Shown: positions 9,871 through 22,059, counted from the first letter of the whole stretch. The stretch: DNA of 62,752 bases, filler included, from Dimorphilus gyrociliatus (GCA_904063045.1; 5 parts of 5 records of this genome joined end to end with filler, not necessarily neighbours in it), one strand, 5' to 3'. A program made the numbers and translations. The notes: generated from the sequence alone by a model not told the origin.

Positions 9871-12800
9871 AAAATTTATCTCCAATATTTGGTTTTCTAG
9901 GTAGTCTTATTTCAATTATTATTAAATTTCTTTTATTCTCTTTTTCAGTAACTCTTAATTTATTAATAAAACCTTTTTCATAACTTTTATATTTTACGTT
10001 AAGAATACCAGAATCATCAACTATACTATAAAATAAATCATTATAGTTAAGAGTATCACCAATGTTAGGTATTTTTAATATACTTTTACATTCAACTGTA
10101 ATAGTTCTATAGACAAAACCATCAAACATACCTCTTTCTACAGCAGATTTATTAATTATCATAGCATCTTCCATGTCATAACCAGTATAACTAATAACAG
10201 CTACTATTGAATTAATACCAATTGGATAGTCATCAAAAGAATACAAGTCATGAATTTTAGTCTTAACTAAAGGTTTTTGTAGATAAGACATAGAAAAATA
10301 CTTATCATTTCTAAATAAATCAGTGTTAATACCCATCGATTGTTTAGCCATCTGACATTGATACATGTTTCTAGGACTTTGATTAAGATCAGCGAAAGGA
10401 ATAGAACCAGCTAAAGAACTAAAAATATTAGTATTAGAGATTTCAGAGAAACCTTTCTTCTGATTTTATTTTTATTTTCTATTGTATTAGTATTTTTATT
10501 ATCTATATTATTATCTACTGTATTTTTTATTGTATTATTCTTATCTTTTGTATTATCTATACTATCTATATTATTTATTGTATTATTTATTCTATTATCT
10601 ATTCTATTATTATCTATTGTATTATCTATTGTATTATCTATTCTATTATCTATTGTATTATCAATTCTATTATCTATTCTATTATTATCTATTGTATTTT
10701 CTATACCATCTATATTATCTATTGTATTATCAATTCTATTATTTATTCTATTATTATCTACTGTATTATTATCAATTCTACTTGTACTATCTATTCTATT
10801 ATCTAATGTATTATTATCTATTGTATTATCTATTCTATTATCTATTCTATTATCTATTCTATTATCTAATGTATTATTATCTATTGTATTATCAATTCTA
10901 TTATCTATTCTATTATTATCTATTGTATTTTCTATACCATCTATATTATCAATTCTATTATTTATTCTATTATTATCTACTGTATTATTATCAATTCTAC
11001 TTGTACTATCTATTCTATTATCTATTGTATTATCTATTGTATTATCTATTCTATTATCTATACTATCTATACTATTTATTGTACTATCAATTCTATTTTC
11101 TATTCTATTATTATCTATTGTATTATCTATTGTATTATCTATATTTTCTACTGTATTATCTACTCTACTTGTGCTATTGTCTATTTCTAAATAAACTTGT
11201 TCTAAAACTCCAATATATTCTATTCTTCTACTAATTCTACTAATACTATAATAAACTGGTCTCATAAGTCTTCCTGGTGTTGTAAAAATATAAAAATTAT
11301 TTTTAATTTTAACAATTTCAATTAAAAGTTTATATTTAAATCTTAAATCTCTAACTGAAATATCAAAATCATTAGGAGCAGTTCCTACTAATTTACCATC
11401 TAATATAACAATTTGATTAGGAGTAATTATAGGAATTAAACCAATACCAATCAACAGTTGTAGCAGATCTATATTATCTATATTACTATAAATATTATCT
11501 ATATCTTTTATATTATCTATAGATTTATCTATATCTTTTTTAACATCTTTTATATGATTATCTATAGATTTATTCATATCTTTTTTAACATCTTTTTTAA
11601 TATCACTATAAATACTATAAATACTATAAATATTAATATCTTTTATATTATCACTTATTATATTATTTTGGTACTCTTTGTATCACTTTTACTAATAACT
11701 GTTGTATGACTTAAATGTGTTAAAAGTCCACATGGTTCTCCATCTGGTGTATGTACTGGACATATAAATCCATAACTTTCATTTCTAAGTCTTCTTACAC
11801 TTGTAACTTTTATTGTAGAAAAAAAGCACCTCTATTTAAAACTGATAGATATGAAATAAATCTATAATAATTAATTTTTTCTATAGTAATTGATAAACCA
11901 GTTGTTTGTTGTAAATCACTAGTTGAATTATTTATATTACCAGTTGATAAGAAATTTATAAATTTATTACTAATTTTTATATCTTTTTTTAAAATTGATT
12001 CTTTTATTTTACTTTTGAAAATTGGAGAAGTTGGATTTATTTTTATTTTTAAAATTGATGTTTTTAAAGTACTTAAAATTTCTTCTATTTTGTCTTTTAA
12101 AATAACTGAAAAAAATTGATTTGTTGATAAAATTTCATGATTTGAAGGAGAGTCTGGATCATCGAATTCTCCATTTAATAATTTTTTTATTGAAAATAAA
12201 ATAAAATAATATTTATCAATACAATTATTTAAATGAGGAAGAATTACTTTTTTTAAATCATTAAAACTTAAATTTAAAGAACTGAATTGTTGTTCTAAAT
12301 ATTTTCTACATTCATTTTTATTATAAATTTTAAAATCAAATATATTTTTTATTCTATCATCTAAAATAAAATTATAGATTTCTTCATCAGTTGTACTTTT
12401 AAAAGCTCTTAGTAAAAGAATAGTTGGTATTAAAAATTCTGATTTTTTATAAAATATTCTACAATAAATAGAATTATTCTTTAAGAGATGAAGAAAAAAC
12501 ATTTCTCCTAATTCATTATAAACACTTCTAACAAGAATAGCAGAATCTGTAAATAATTTATGTTTATCTATAAAATTAGATCTTTTTATTTTTAAAGGAT
12601 AATTTCTTCTATAAGTTATCATAAATCTAACAATTCTTTCAATACCATTAACAATAAAATAACCACCTATTTCATTATTAATACTATTATTATTATTTTC
12701 TAAATTATTACTATTTTTACTATCTCCTTCTCTTATATTACTATTTTTACTATCTCTTTCTTTGTTATTAATAGAATAACATAAATCACTTCCTACCATC

Positions 12801-13138
12801 ACTGGTATTCCATCAATTGTTCTATTCTCTTTATATAATTCTTTTTCATCTAAACTTATAAATATTTCATAAGAAACGTTACCTTTGTAAGTTAAAAGTC
12901 TTTCTCTACACATATTTGGTGTTAATTTTTTATCAAAATCCATCTCTTCATCAGGTGTTGTTGGTTTACTTACATGTAAATTTGATATCATTATATTAAT
13001 TTTATATTTTTTATCTTTTGTATCAAAAATAAATGATTTATTAATATTTAATAGAATATTAGGAATGTTATTAATAAAATCATTAAATGAAGTTGTATGA
13101 AATATTGAATGATTATAATTATTATTATTATTAGACAT
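9871..13138 (-). CDS. RPA2: RNA polymerase I second-largest subunit (Rpa135/RPA2), microsporidian-like, 3' truncated, split by probable sequencing frameshifts
   Basis: [14 protein letters not shown]; [29 protein letters not shown]; after a homopolymer slip at ~11815, [26 protein letters not shown]; [24 protein letters not shown]; [15 protein letters not shown]; PNIGDKF. The DLQQ..G.T...EKIN.YRF and [12 protein letters not shown] motifs fit RPA2 better than RPB2/RPC2. No introns seen. Confidence 0.9.
10500..11190 (-). repeat. In-frame Asn/Asp/Ile tandem-repeat insertion in RPA2
   Basis: Over 200 codons built mainly from 12-nt IDNT/IDNR units, with a higher-order duplication ([22 protein letters not shown]...[23 protein letters not shown] twice). 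Confidence 0.9.
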
Positions 13139-13142
13139 GGGG
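13139..13142 (-). promoter_or_regulatory. CCC-type microsporidian transcription-start motif directly upstream of the RPA2 ATG
   Basis: Minus strand reads ...aatcttaCCCC ATG. Equivalent motifs occur at 13380-13384, 18804-18806(-), 19189-19192, 19801-19803 and 45217-45220(-), each within ~15 nt of an ATG and preceded by an AT-rich tract. Confidence 0.7.
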
Positions 13143-13391
13143 TAAGATTTAATATTTTTCTTTTTTAAAATTTTTAAAATTATTCTTTTTTTTATTTTTC
13201 AATTATAGATTAATTTTTTAACTTTTATAAATGATTATTTTTATAAATTTTTAAAATGATTCTTTTTTTTTATAAATGATTATTTTTCATTTATAAATTA
13301 TTTTCTTAAATTAATATTCTGAAACTGTTTTGTTTTACTTCTCCTTTTTTTTTACAAATATAAAAACTTAAGTTAAATACCCCCAAAAAGA

Positions 13392-14636
13392 ATGTTATCA
13401 AAACCAAATAGAAAACTAAACGATTTTTGGGCTGCTGCTCTTCATATTATAACAGTATCAGTTGTTTTAACAATTTATATTTTAAAGTCAGAATCTTCTA
13501 AAAATGCAACTAAAATATTTGATCACATTCAAAATCCATCAATTGGTTTATTTTTATTTACAATACTTGAAATTATTTCTATTAGTGTAGGGTTGTTGTT
13601 TATTCCTAAACAATTATTACATATTTCATTCTTTGTTTTACCATTTATTAGTATTGGAATTAGTATTTATTTTTACAATAAAAAAAGAGTATAAATTACA
13701 AATAATAATTAAAAATTATGAGCTTTTTACAAATGATGGATTCTCAATAGCATTAGAAAATACAACTGATTGGTTATTAGATGAATAAAATTTAATTTTT
13801 TAATTTTTTTAATTTAATTTTTAAAATTTTTAAAATTTTTTCCCTTCTTATTCTACCAACTCGCCATGTGGCGAGTTGGTGCATTTTAACCCCTAAGGAG
13901 AGCTGTGGCGATTGCATATCGATTGCAGTTGATGCTTCGAAATGACTTTATCTTACGTGTTTATATTTTATATTTGCTTGGTCAGTGTTATTTACATTAT
14001 ATGTTAAGAGTTTATACTTCTTCAGTTATTTCTATTCTTTACTTAATGTTAATGAAAATATCCTTAAGTTATTTTAGTTCAATTTATAATTTATTCTTTA
14101 GCTTTGGTAGTATTTGTTTTGCTTCTTTGTTAGTAGCAATTGTTTTATTACTTAGGTATTTAGTTAATGATGAAAATAATAGAATAGAAGACAACCTGCT
14201 CTTTTAGCTATTATAGCTGATTTCTTATTATCAGTTTTAGAATCTTTTATTAGATATTCTAATGAATGGTTCTAATTTATGTAGCTTTGTATGGTAAATC
14301 TTTTGTTTCATCTACTAAAGAATCCTGGAAGTTGTTATTTGAAGGTAGTGGAAAAATGATTTTGAATGATTATATCTTAGGTATTACATTATCTAACTTC
14401 TTTATACTACATATAATATTTTGTATTAGTTATTATTTTGCTACTTCTAATATATTCTATGCTCTCAATTTTTCTTTGAATTTGCTTTTCATACTATTTT
14501 ATTAGGTTGTTTTATAGATACAATAGAAACAGTAGCTAAAACTTTATTGTTTTTATATTGTGAAGATCCTGATTCTATTAAAGAAAAAGATGAAGAATTG
14601 TATGAAGCATTAGTAAATCAAGAGCATAAGCATTAA
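13392..14636 (+). CDS. PNS1: PNS1/choline transporter-like (CTL/SLC44) membrane protein, fragmented, central part apparently replaced
   Basis: N-terminal PNRKLNDFWA; SFGSICFASLLVAIV; IYVALYGKSFVSSTKESWKLL; C-terminal CEDPDSIKEKDEELYEAL* ending at 14636. Several frame breaks. Confidence 0.7.
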
Positions 14637-14659
14637 TTAAAAGCTTTTCTGATTAAATA

Positions 14660-15120
14660 ATTTTTTTTATATTCTTTTTATTATTATATATTCATAATAG
14701 ATATATTCTTTTATTATATTCTTTTTTATATTCATAATAGATATATTCTTTTATTATATTCTTTTTTATATTCATAAATTTTTTATATTATTTTTATATC
14801 TTTTTTATATTCATAATAGATATTTTCTTTTTTATATTCTTTTTATTATTATATATTCATAATAGATATATTCTTTTTTTATATTCTTTTTATTATTATA
14901 TATTCATAATAGATATATTCTTTTTTTATATTCTTTTTTATATTCATAATAGATATGTTCTTTTTTTATACTTTTTATATTCATAAATTTATTATATTAT
15001 TTTTTATATTCTTTTTTATATTCATAATAGATATGTTCTTTTATTATATTCTTTTTATTATTTTATTATATTTATTTTTGTACTTTTTATATTCATAAAT
15101 TTATTATATTATTTTTATAT
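14660..15120. repeat. Intergenic AT-rich imperfect tandem repeat
   Basis: About 8-10 variants of ttttatattcataatagatatattc between the convergent PNS1 and cullin genes. Confidence 0.8.
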
Positions 15121-15128
15121 CTTGTTTA

Positions 15129-18100
15129 CTAACTAATATATTCTATTAATCCATTCTTTTCTTTTATAAATTCTTTATTTTTTAATAATTTAATTATATC
15201 TAAAATATAATCATTATTTATTAAATTATCATTGAAATAATTAATTATTTTATCAATTAATTCTTGTTTTTTAATTTTTTTATTTTTTTTTAAAATTACC
15301 ATCAATTTAGATTGTACTTTATAATTATAAGAATCTATATCTATAGTATAAGAAGCTCTAGGAATATAATTAGAAATATCAAATATTATGTTTTTTATAT
15401 TTAAATTATTATTATTTAAATTATTATCATCTGATGATACACAATCACAAGAATCACTGTTATTACAATCTTTTATATTATCTAAATTAATTGTATTTTT
15501 ATTATCTTTTATATATTTATCTTTTTTTGTATCTATATTGATTGTATTTTTATTATCTATATTAGTTGTATTTTTATTATCTATATTAGTTGTATTTTTA
15601 TTATCTATATTAGTTGTATTGTTATTATCTTTTATATCATTATACATGTTTTCTTTATTGATTGTATTGTTTATATACATTCTATATTTATTATCTAAAT
15701 ATAATACACTTCCTATTAATAATTCTAAATTATTATTATATTCTATACTTTCTAATTCATTTAATTCAATAATTGATTTGTATTGTTTATAATTTAATCT
15801 TAGTTTTATTTTATTTATTTCTACATCAAATTTAGTTAAATTAGTATATTTTATTTTTCTTCTAGGTTTTTTTTTTAATTCATTAAAAATTGAATTTAAT
15901 TTACATTTATCATCAGAAATATAATCATTAGAATTATTATCATTAGAATTATTATCAATAGAATTATTATTAATAGAATTGTTATTAATAGAATTATTAT
16001 CATTAGAATTATTATTAATAGAATTATTATCAATAGAATTATCTAAAATATTTATATTTTCTATTTCTATACTTTCTAACTCCCAAATATCAAGTACATA
16101 TGAATTATTTAAAATATTTAAAATAGACTCTTTACATTTTTCTAATGCTTTTGTTATTTCAATATTGTTTATAGATAATTGAAAAATTCCTAAAATTAAT
16201 ATTTCAGTTTTTAAATTAGTTTTATAGCTTAATAATCTATTTTTTAATAGTCTATGGTATTCTTCAATATCTTCTAAAGTAAAATAAAGAAACTCTTGTA
16301 GGATATTTAAATAATTAATTATATTATTATTCTTTTTTATAAGTAAATTATTAATAAAATTAAATAAATGATTATTAAATGATATTATATATTTATAATT
16401 AGAAGAAAAACTATGTCTATAAAACCTAACTATTATATTATTATCATCATTAAAATTATTGTTATTGTTATTGTTAAAATTATTATTATTCTTATCATTC
16501 TTATTAGAATTATTATATCTATTTTTAATACAATTACTACATTCACAATCACAATCAAATTCTACTCTTAATAAATCATCACCTACTAAACTATTTTCTA
16601 AATTGTAAATACTTTTAAATTCTTTATAATTTCTTTGGTCTAAATTAAAATCCCATTCTATTCTTTTGATAAAATCTACAAAAACTGTTTTAAAAACATT
16701 ACTTTTCATTTTACGTATTGTACTATTTTCATTTAAATTAAAAAAATTTTTAGAATCATGTTTGAATATATAATAAATCAATTCATAAATTATCATTTCA
16801 CTACTAATTGGTAATTTTATTTCTTTAAATAAATTTTTATAATAAATTAATAACGTATTATTAATTATTTCTTTATAATCATATTTTAACAATAAATCAA
16901 TCAATTCATGCTTTTCACTTTTTATATCTTTTAGTAAATTATAAATAATTGTATTATTTGTTATCAAATTTTCTATTTTTTTAATATTTTTTTATTTTTT
17001 AGATAAAAATTACATTTCTCTGTTGATGATTTTAAAATTGATTCTAATTTGTTTAAATTTATTTTTATAGAATATTCATTAATAAAGACTTTTTTATACA
17101 TATTATAACTACTATACAAGTTGTTGTCTTCTTTATTAAATAAAATATTATCTTGTTTATTAAATGAATTATCATCTTCTTTATTAAATGAACTATTATC
17201 TTCTTTATTGAATAAAATATTATCTTGTTTATTGAATAAATTATTATCTTCTTTATTGAATAAAATATTATCTTGTTTATTGAATAAATTATTATCTTGT
17301 TTATTGAATAAATTATTATCTTGTTTATTGAATAAAATATTATCTTTTTATTAAATGAATTATTATCTTTGTTATTGAATAAAATATTGTCGTCTTTTTT
17401 ATTAAATGAATTATTATCTTCTTTATTGGAACTGAATAAATCGTTTTTTTGGCTTATTTTGAGGTATTGATTATTATTTTGTAAATTTGCTTTTTTTATT
17501 ATTTCTATTAGTTTATTTAGTTTATATTTTGAATAAATGTTGTTCTCTTCTGTATTTTTATATTTATTGGGCTGAAAAGCATTGATTATATTATTTACTT
17601 TACTAAGGTCAAAGTCAAACATGTTGCTATTTGTTAAATTGTATCTGTTATTGATTAGATTCGCTCTCAGTTGATCTTCCTGTTGTTCATCTTTGTTTAT
17701 GCTAATATTTTTTTTATTTAAGTTTTTATTTTGGTAATTTTCGTTTCCATTAATGGTATTTTTTATTTCTGAATTCTGATTTTCATAAATTTCACTTTTT
17801 ATAATAGGAATATTTCCTAAACAGAAGCCGTCCACAGAAAACACATAATTATTATCTATCAACTCTGTATTATTGTTTAATATAGCTTCTACTTCTTCTA
17901 TAAAATTAATTATCACATTAGGCTTAATTTTATCTAAAATGCTACAAATTAAGAAAAAGAACTCCTTTTTGGTGTAGTTCCCTGTCTTTCTATAGTATTT
18001 TATAATACTTAATAGACAAGTCTTAATATCTAAATCTATCTTATCACTAATATTTATATTCTTGAGTTTATCATCGACCAAATTCAATCTCTTCTTATTA

Positions 18101-18792
18101 GGAAGATTTTCAAAATCAGTTGTTTTTCTACTTTTACTAGACATGGAAATATTAATATCCGATATCTCTTTATTGTTAATTTTAGAGTTTTCTATTTTAT
18201 TATTAAGAATAAATTCATTGTTTGCTTCTATTTCATTATATATTATAAAATTTAAGAGTAATTCTTCAAATTCATTATAAAAATCACAAGAAAATGTTTC
18301 TAAAACTCTCCTCAGGTTGTATTTACCATCTTTTTTTATAAACAACCATTCTATTATAGAACCATTTGTATCCTCTTCAGTTATATTTAAGTTATAATAA
18401 TGATCAAAATGTGAAATACTATTCATAATCACACTAATTATATTATACTTCTTATTTATTAATTTAAATAAACCTTCAAATAGACACTTTCTACTAACTT
18501 TTACTATATCTAATTCCTCGTAACAGAGCTCATTCAATACACTCAATTTATCTTCAAATGCTTTGCTTATCTCTAAGTAGAGTTTCAGTGCGTTATTGTT
18601 TTTTTCATTGCTCTCATTATCGTTTGTAAACTTGACTGAGAATTTTTCTCTTATTATTCTCTTTATTATATTTTCTAGTATAGATTCATCTTCATGTTTA
18701 AGTGAATGAAGAAGTGTCATTAATATGAATGCATTTCCTCTCTCTAGTAAAAACTGTTGTAAGTGGAAGTGTAGATGAGTAACTGGAATCAT
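15129..18792 (-). CDS. Cullin-family protein with Asn-rich inserts (two ORFs probably one gene, joined across two homopolymer slips)
   Basis: Cullin-domain-like EDIEEYHRLLKNRLL. C-terminal winged-helix/Nedd8-like YKVQSKLMVILKKNKKIKKQEL...LLKNKEFIKEKNGLIEYIS*. Adding one A at ~17345 and one at ~16978 makes the frame continuous from 18792 to 15129. Confidence 0.65.
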
Positions 18793-19198
18793 TTGTTTGT
18801 GAAGGGTTATACCTTATATAGTTTTATTCATTGAGATTTAATTAGACAACAAATATAGCTTTATTCATTGGAATTTATTAAGACGATAAAGTTAGCCTTA
18901 TTTACTGAAACTCAATTAGATAATAAATAGATTAAAAAACAATCTGACTTTTTAAAGTCATTTATTTATTTTATCTTGAAAGATATTAAATAATTCAAAA
19001 GGATGATTTGTTATTTAAAAAATATGAATTTGAAATTAAATAAGTTATAGAAATGTATACAAACTAACTAAACTATTATATATTAATAAAAATTTATATA
19101 GGAACTAATAGATTGAACTAAATTAGCATTGTTTTATAGAATTTAAAAGATAAAACTAAATAATGTAAACTAAAATTTTCTAGAAGAACCCCTAAAAA

Positions 19199-19753
19199 AT
19201 GTCAAATGAAAATTTAACAGAAGAACAAAAACAAGAACTAATTCAAAAAGTATTAAATCCTCAACATTTTGGGATAAAAGCTACTCTAAAAAATATTCTC
19301 AGAGATATAAAACATCTTGAGGAGATAGAAAACACAAAAAATAGCAAAGATGATACTAATATAGAACATAATAAACTTTTAGAATCACTCAAGTCTTCTA
19401 TCAGAACACTTAATAATTATTTAATAGATTCGAATACCAGTCTAAATAAGTCTAATCTACCATACTATAAAGTAATAGTAGAACTATTAAAGCATAAATT
19501 AATATATAAAGAAGTATGTATATTACTAGGTGACATCTGCCAGAATGAACTTAAACTACAAAATTTATTTTATACTTTAAATATATTTGAATACTTACTA
19601 TTTGATTTCGAATATAAATATACTATTTATTTGGTCTTTAGTTTATGTGTTGGTAATAAGGATAATACAGATATGTTTTTTAATAAATATTATGTTGAAG
19701 AGAGAGATAATAATGAGGATGTGAATCGGCTCAGAACTCAATTTACAGAATAA
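19199..19753 (+). CDS. Fes1/HspBP1-like ARM-repeat Hsp70 nucleotide exchange factor (putative)
   Basis: Intact 184-aa ORF with a CCCC motif upstream. CILLGDICQNELKLQ resembles the Fes1 A..lG...QNN...Q motif. Confidence 0.5.
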   Translation: MSNENLTEEQKQELIQKVLNPQHFGIKATLKNILRDIKHLEEIENTKNSKDDTNIEHNKLLESLKSSIRTLNNYLIDSNTSLNKSNLPYYKVIVELLKHKLIYKEVCILLGDICQNELKLQNLFYTLNIFEYLLFDFEYKYTIYLVFSLCVGNKDNTDMFFNKYYVEERDNNEDVNRLRTQFTE

Positions 19754-19808
19754 ATCACTTAATTTATATAATTTTTATTTTTAAAAAATTGTTGTTTTAA
19801 CCCTCCAA

Positions 19809-20189
19809 ATGATAACAGATCTAACTAATTTACTAGTTATATCTAATAAAGATGAAGATGAGATAATATCAAGCATTAAAGAATTAATAAAAGAACAACC
19901 TATTACATTTAGCAACGGTGAAAATTATTATGATTTGACAACAAATTATCTAAAAAAAGCTATTAAAATACAAACAATAAAAGAATACAATTGTAAAACC
20001 AATAATGATAATGTAATTACTCGAGTTAAACTTATACTACCTAAACAAAAAATAAAGAAAAAAACAAGATGGTCGGAATTTGCATTAAAAAATAAAATTA
20101 GAAAGAAAAGTAAATACGTAAGGAAAGGTGAAGATGTAATACATAGGTTTATGGTTAGCAAGAGAGGGAAAAACAGTAAAAAAACATAA
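19809..20189 (+). CDS. RRS1: Rrs1-like ribosome biogenesis protein (short)
   Basis: TRVKLILPKQKIKKKTRWSEFALKNKIRKK resembles the Rrs1 T.LPREKPLP..K..TKWE.FA..KGI.K motif. CCC motif upstream. Confidence 0.6.
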   Translation: MITDLTNLLVISNKDEDEIISSIKELIKEQPITFSNGENYYDLTTNYLKKAIKIQTIKEYNCKTNNDNVITRVKLILPKQKIKKKTRWSEFALKNKIRKKSKYVRKGEDVIHRFMVSKRGKNSKKT

Positions 20190-20357
20190 GCTATTAAATT
20201 ATATAAAACATTTAATATATGCTACTGTGTTGGTTTCTATATTCAAAAATAAATTCTCATCATTACTAAATTTTGTTCATTTATTTACTTTGAAACTTAT
20301 TTATTGATTGAGTTTTAAACCATTCTTATTATTTTATTCTAAAACAATTGGTATTAG

Positions 20358-21395
20358 ATGTATATCCAACTAATAGAACTATTCATAAAATCATCTTCTT
20401 TTAATAATGAATTTAGCGAAGTTGAAAGTAGTGAAGTAGAGCTAAGCAGTGAACTATCAGAGAATTTATTAAAGGTGAATAAAAGTATATCAAAATGCAA
20501 ACCAAAGTCAATTGGTATAATCGATATAGGAACGACCGGAACTAGATTGAATATTTATAATTTTATATCAACTGAGAACTGTAAATATAAACTATCAAAT
20601 CTTAACAAATTTGAGAAGTTAAAGGGAATCACTGAATATCCCCCATCTAAAGTAAAAAACTACTTTGAATACTTTACAAAAGCTATAACTAAAAATAAAT
20701 TGGATAAACTTGTATTTTTGGCGACTGCTGGACTAAGAATGCAGAGTAAAAAAGAGCGTAATAGTTATTTAGTAGGTATTAAAGATTACATAGATCAAAT
20801 TAACAGTATAGATGAGGTAGAAGTGAGAGTTCTAACAGGACAAGAGGAAGCAAAGTATGCTTGGAAGGCTATATCATATTTAAAAAAGTTAAACAGTCAA
20901 AATAAAATACAGTTTGGAATGATTGAAATGGGAGGTGGTTCATTTCAAGTAGCTTTACCAGAAGATAATAAACTTTTGGTAAGGTCTTACAATGGATATG
21001 GTGTAGTTAAAGGCATAGCACATTCTGAAATGTTTAGTAAAGACAAATTTATTGAAGATGTTGATTTCCGTTTAAAAAACAAGTTGAAAAGGCTTAAATT
21101 TCAAAAAAGAGATAAAAAACTAAGTAAAAAAACCGTGGAAATATCAAAAGGAAGTGATATTAAATTTTATTTACTCTCTTTTTTCTATAATATTTTTGGT
21201 GATAGAAAAACAACTGTAGATCAGCTTTACTTAGAAAATAGAAATTGCGATTACTCAAATATAGATTGTAGGAAAATTTTATACGTTTTAGAAGTTTTAA
21301 AGTTAAATAAAATAAAAAATGTAAGAATATTAAAAAAAATTCAAGGATTTGACGTTAATTGGACCTTAGGATATGCAATAAGTCTTCTTAGATGA
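20358..21395 (+). CDS. GDA1/CD39 family nucleoside phosphatase (apyrase)
   Basis: All five apyrase conserved regions: IDIGTTGTR, ATAGLR, GQEEAKYAW, IEMGGGSFQ, NWTLG. No obvious N-terminal anchor in this ORF, so the true start may lie upstream. Confidence 0.88.
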   Translation: MYIQLIELFIKSSSFNNEFSEVESSEVELSSELSENLLKVNKSISKCKPKSIGIIDIGTTGTRLNIYNFISTENCKYKLSNLNKFEKLKGITEYPPSKVKNYFEYFTKAITKNKLDKLVFLATAGLRMQSKKERNSYLVGIKDYIDQINSIDEVEVRVLTGQEEAKYAWKAISYLKKLNSQNKIQFGMIEMGGGSFQVALPEDNKLLVRSYNGYGVVKGIAHSEMFSKDKFIEDVDFRLKNKLKRLKFQKRDKKLSKKTVEISKGSDIKFYLLSFFYNIFGDRKTTVDQLYLENRNCDYSNIDCRKILYVLEVLKLNKIKNVRILKKIQGFDVNWTLGYAISLLR

Positions 21396-22059
21396 ATTAA
21401 ATCATTTTATTATTAAAGTTTAAAATAGAAAGTTTTTATTGCTAAAGAAAGAGTTTTCCCTTTTTAAATTGGTCTTTTACTTTAAAAAAGTTAATAATAA
21501 ATCTTTTCGTCGTTTTAACTTCAAATGTTTGGTGTTAGATTAATGTAACTATCAATTGATAAATTAAAAAAAAGCCTTTTTAGTCACTTAGTTTGGCTTT
21601 TAACATATACATTAACTAATTTTTAGTACCTAACCTAAATAGCATATTTTACTTTTGGTATTCAAAAAATTTTTATAATAGAAATTTAGTATATGTATTT
21701 GAAATAGAAGTAGAATAAATTAAAACTTTATATTATTGTAAGTTCTTTAGTTTATTTACTTTGCTATGTTTACAAAGAGTGTATTTGCAGAATAAATTCG
21801 GCTTATAACATCATATAGTAAAGTTATACTCGCTTAATGAAATATCCTATTCACATACAGTCTGTAAAAAAAAGGTAAACAAAAAAAATTTAATAAAAAA
21901 CTTATGAAAACAACAATTTTATATTTACATAATATTTTAAAAGAATGAGCAATAATCATGATACCAACAAGTATGGTTTTGAAAAATTGTATGATCAGCT
22001 TAAATACTTTTTATCTCAACAAAACTTTTTCGACTGTAGAAAAAAAGTGAGCAAGAAAA

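Noticed and set aside
10530-11234. 234-aa Tyr/Leu-rich ORF on the plus strand
   Set aside because: Antisense shadow of the RPA2 Asn/Asp/Ile repeat. The same applies to 15388-15792, 15979-16182 and 17121-17354 opposite the cullin repeats.
11810-11830. Programmed ribosomal frameshifting in RPA2, cullin, pol or the MULE
   Set aside because: The breaks are mostly 1-nt losses in homopolymers across unrelated genes and organisms, and the same slips separate repeat copies (TIRs, 76-bp repeat). This points to sequencing error.
13840-13950. Possible tRNA or snRNA in the GC-rich island
   Set aside because: I could not fold a cloverleaf or find a T-loop (TTCRA in context) or U1/U2/U4/U5/U6 signatures on either strand. 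Kept only as an unexplained hairpin.
14660-15120. CRISPR-like array
   Set aside because: The units are degenerate AT-rich tandem repeats without unique spacers, in eukaryotic DNA with no cas genes.
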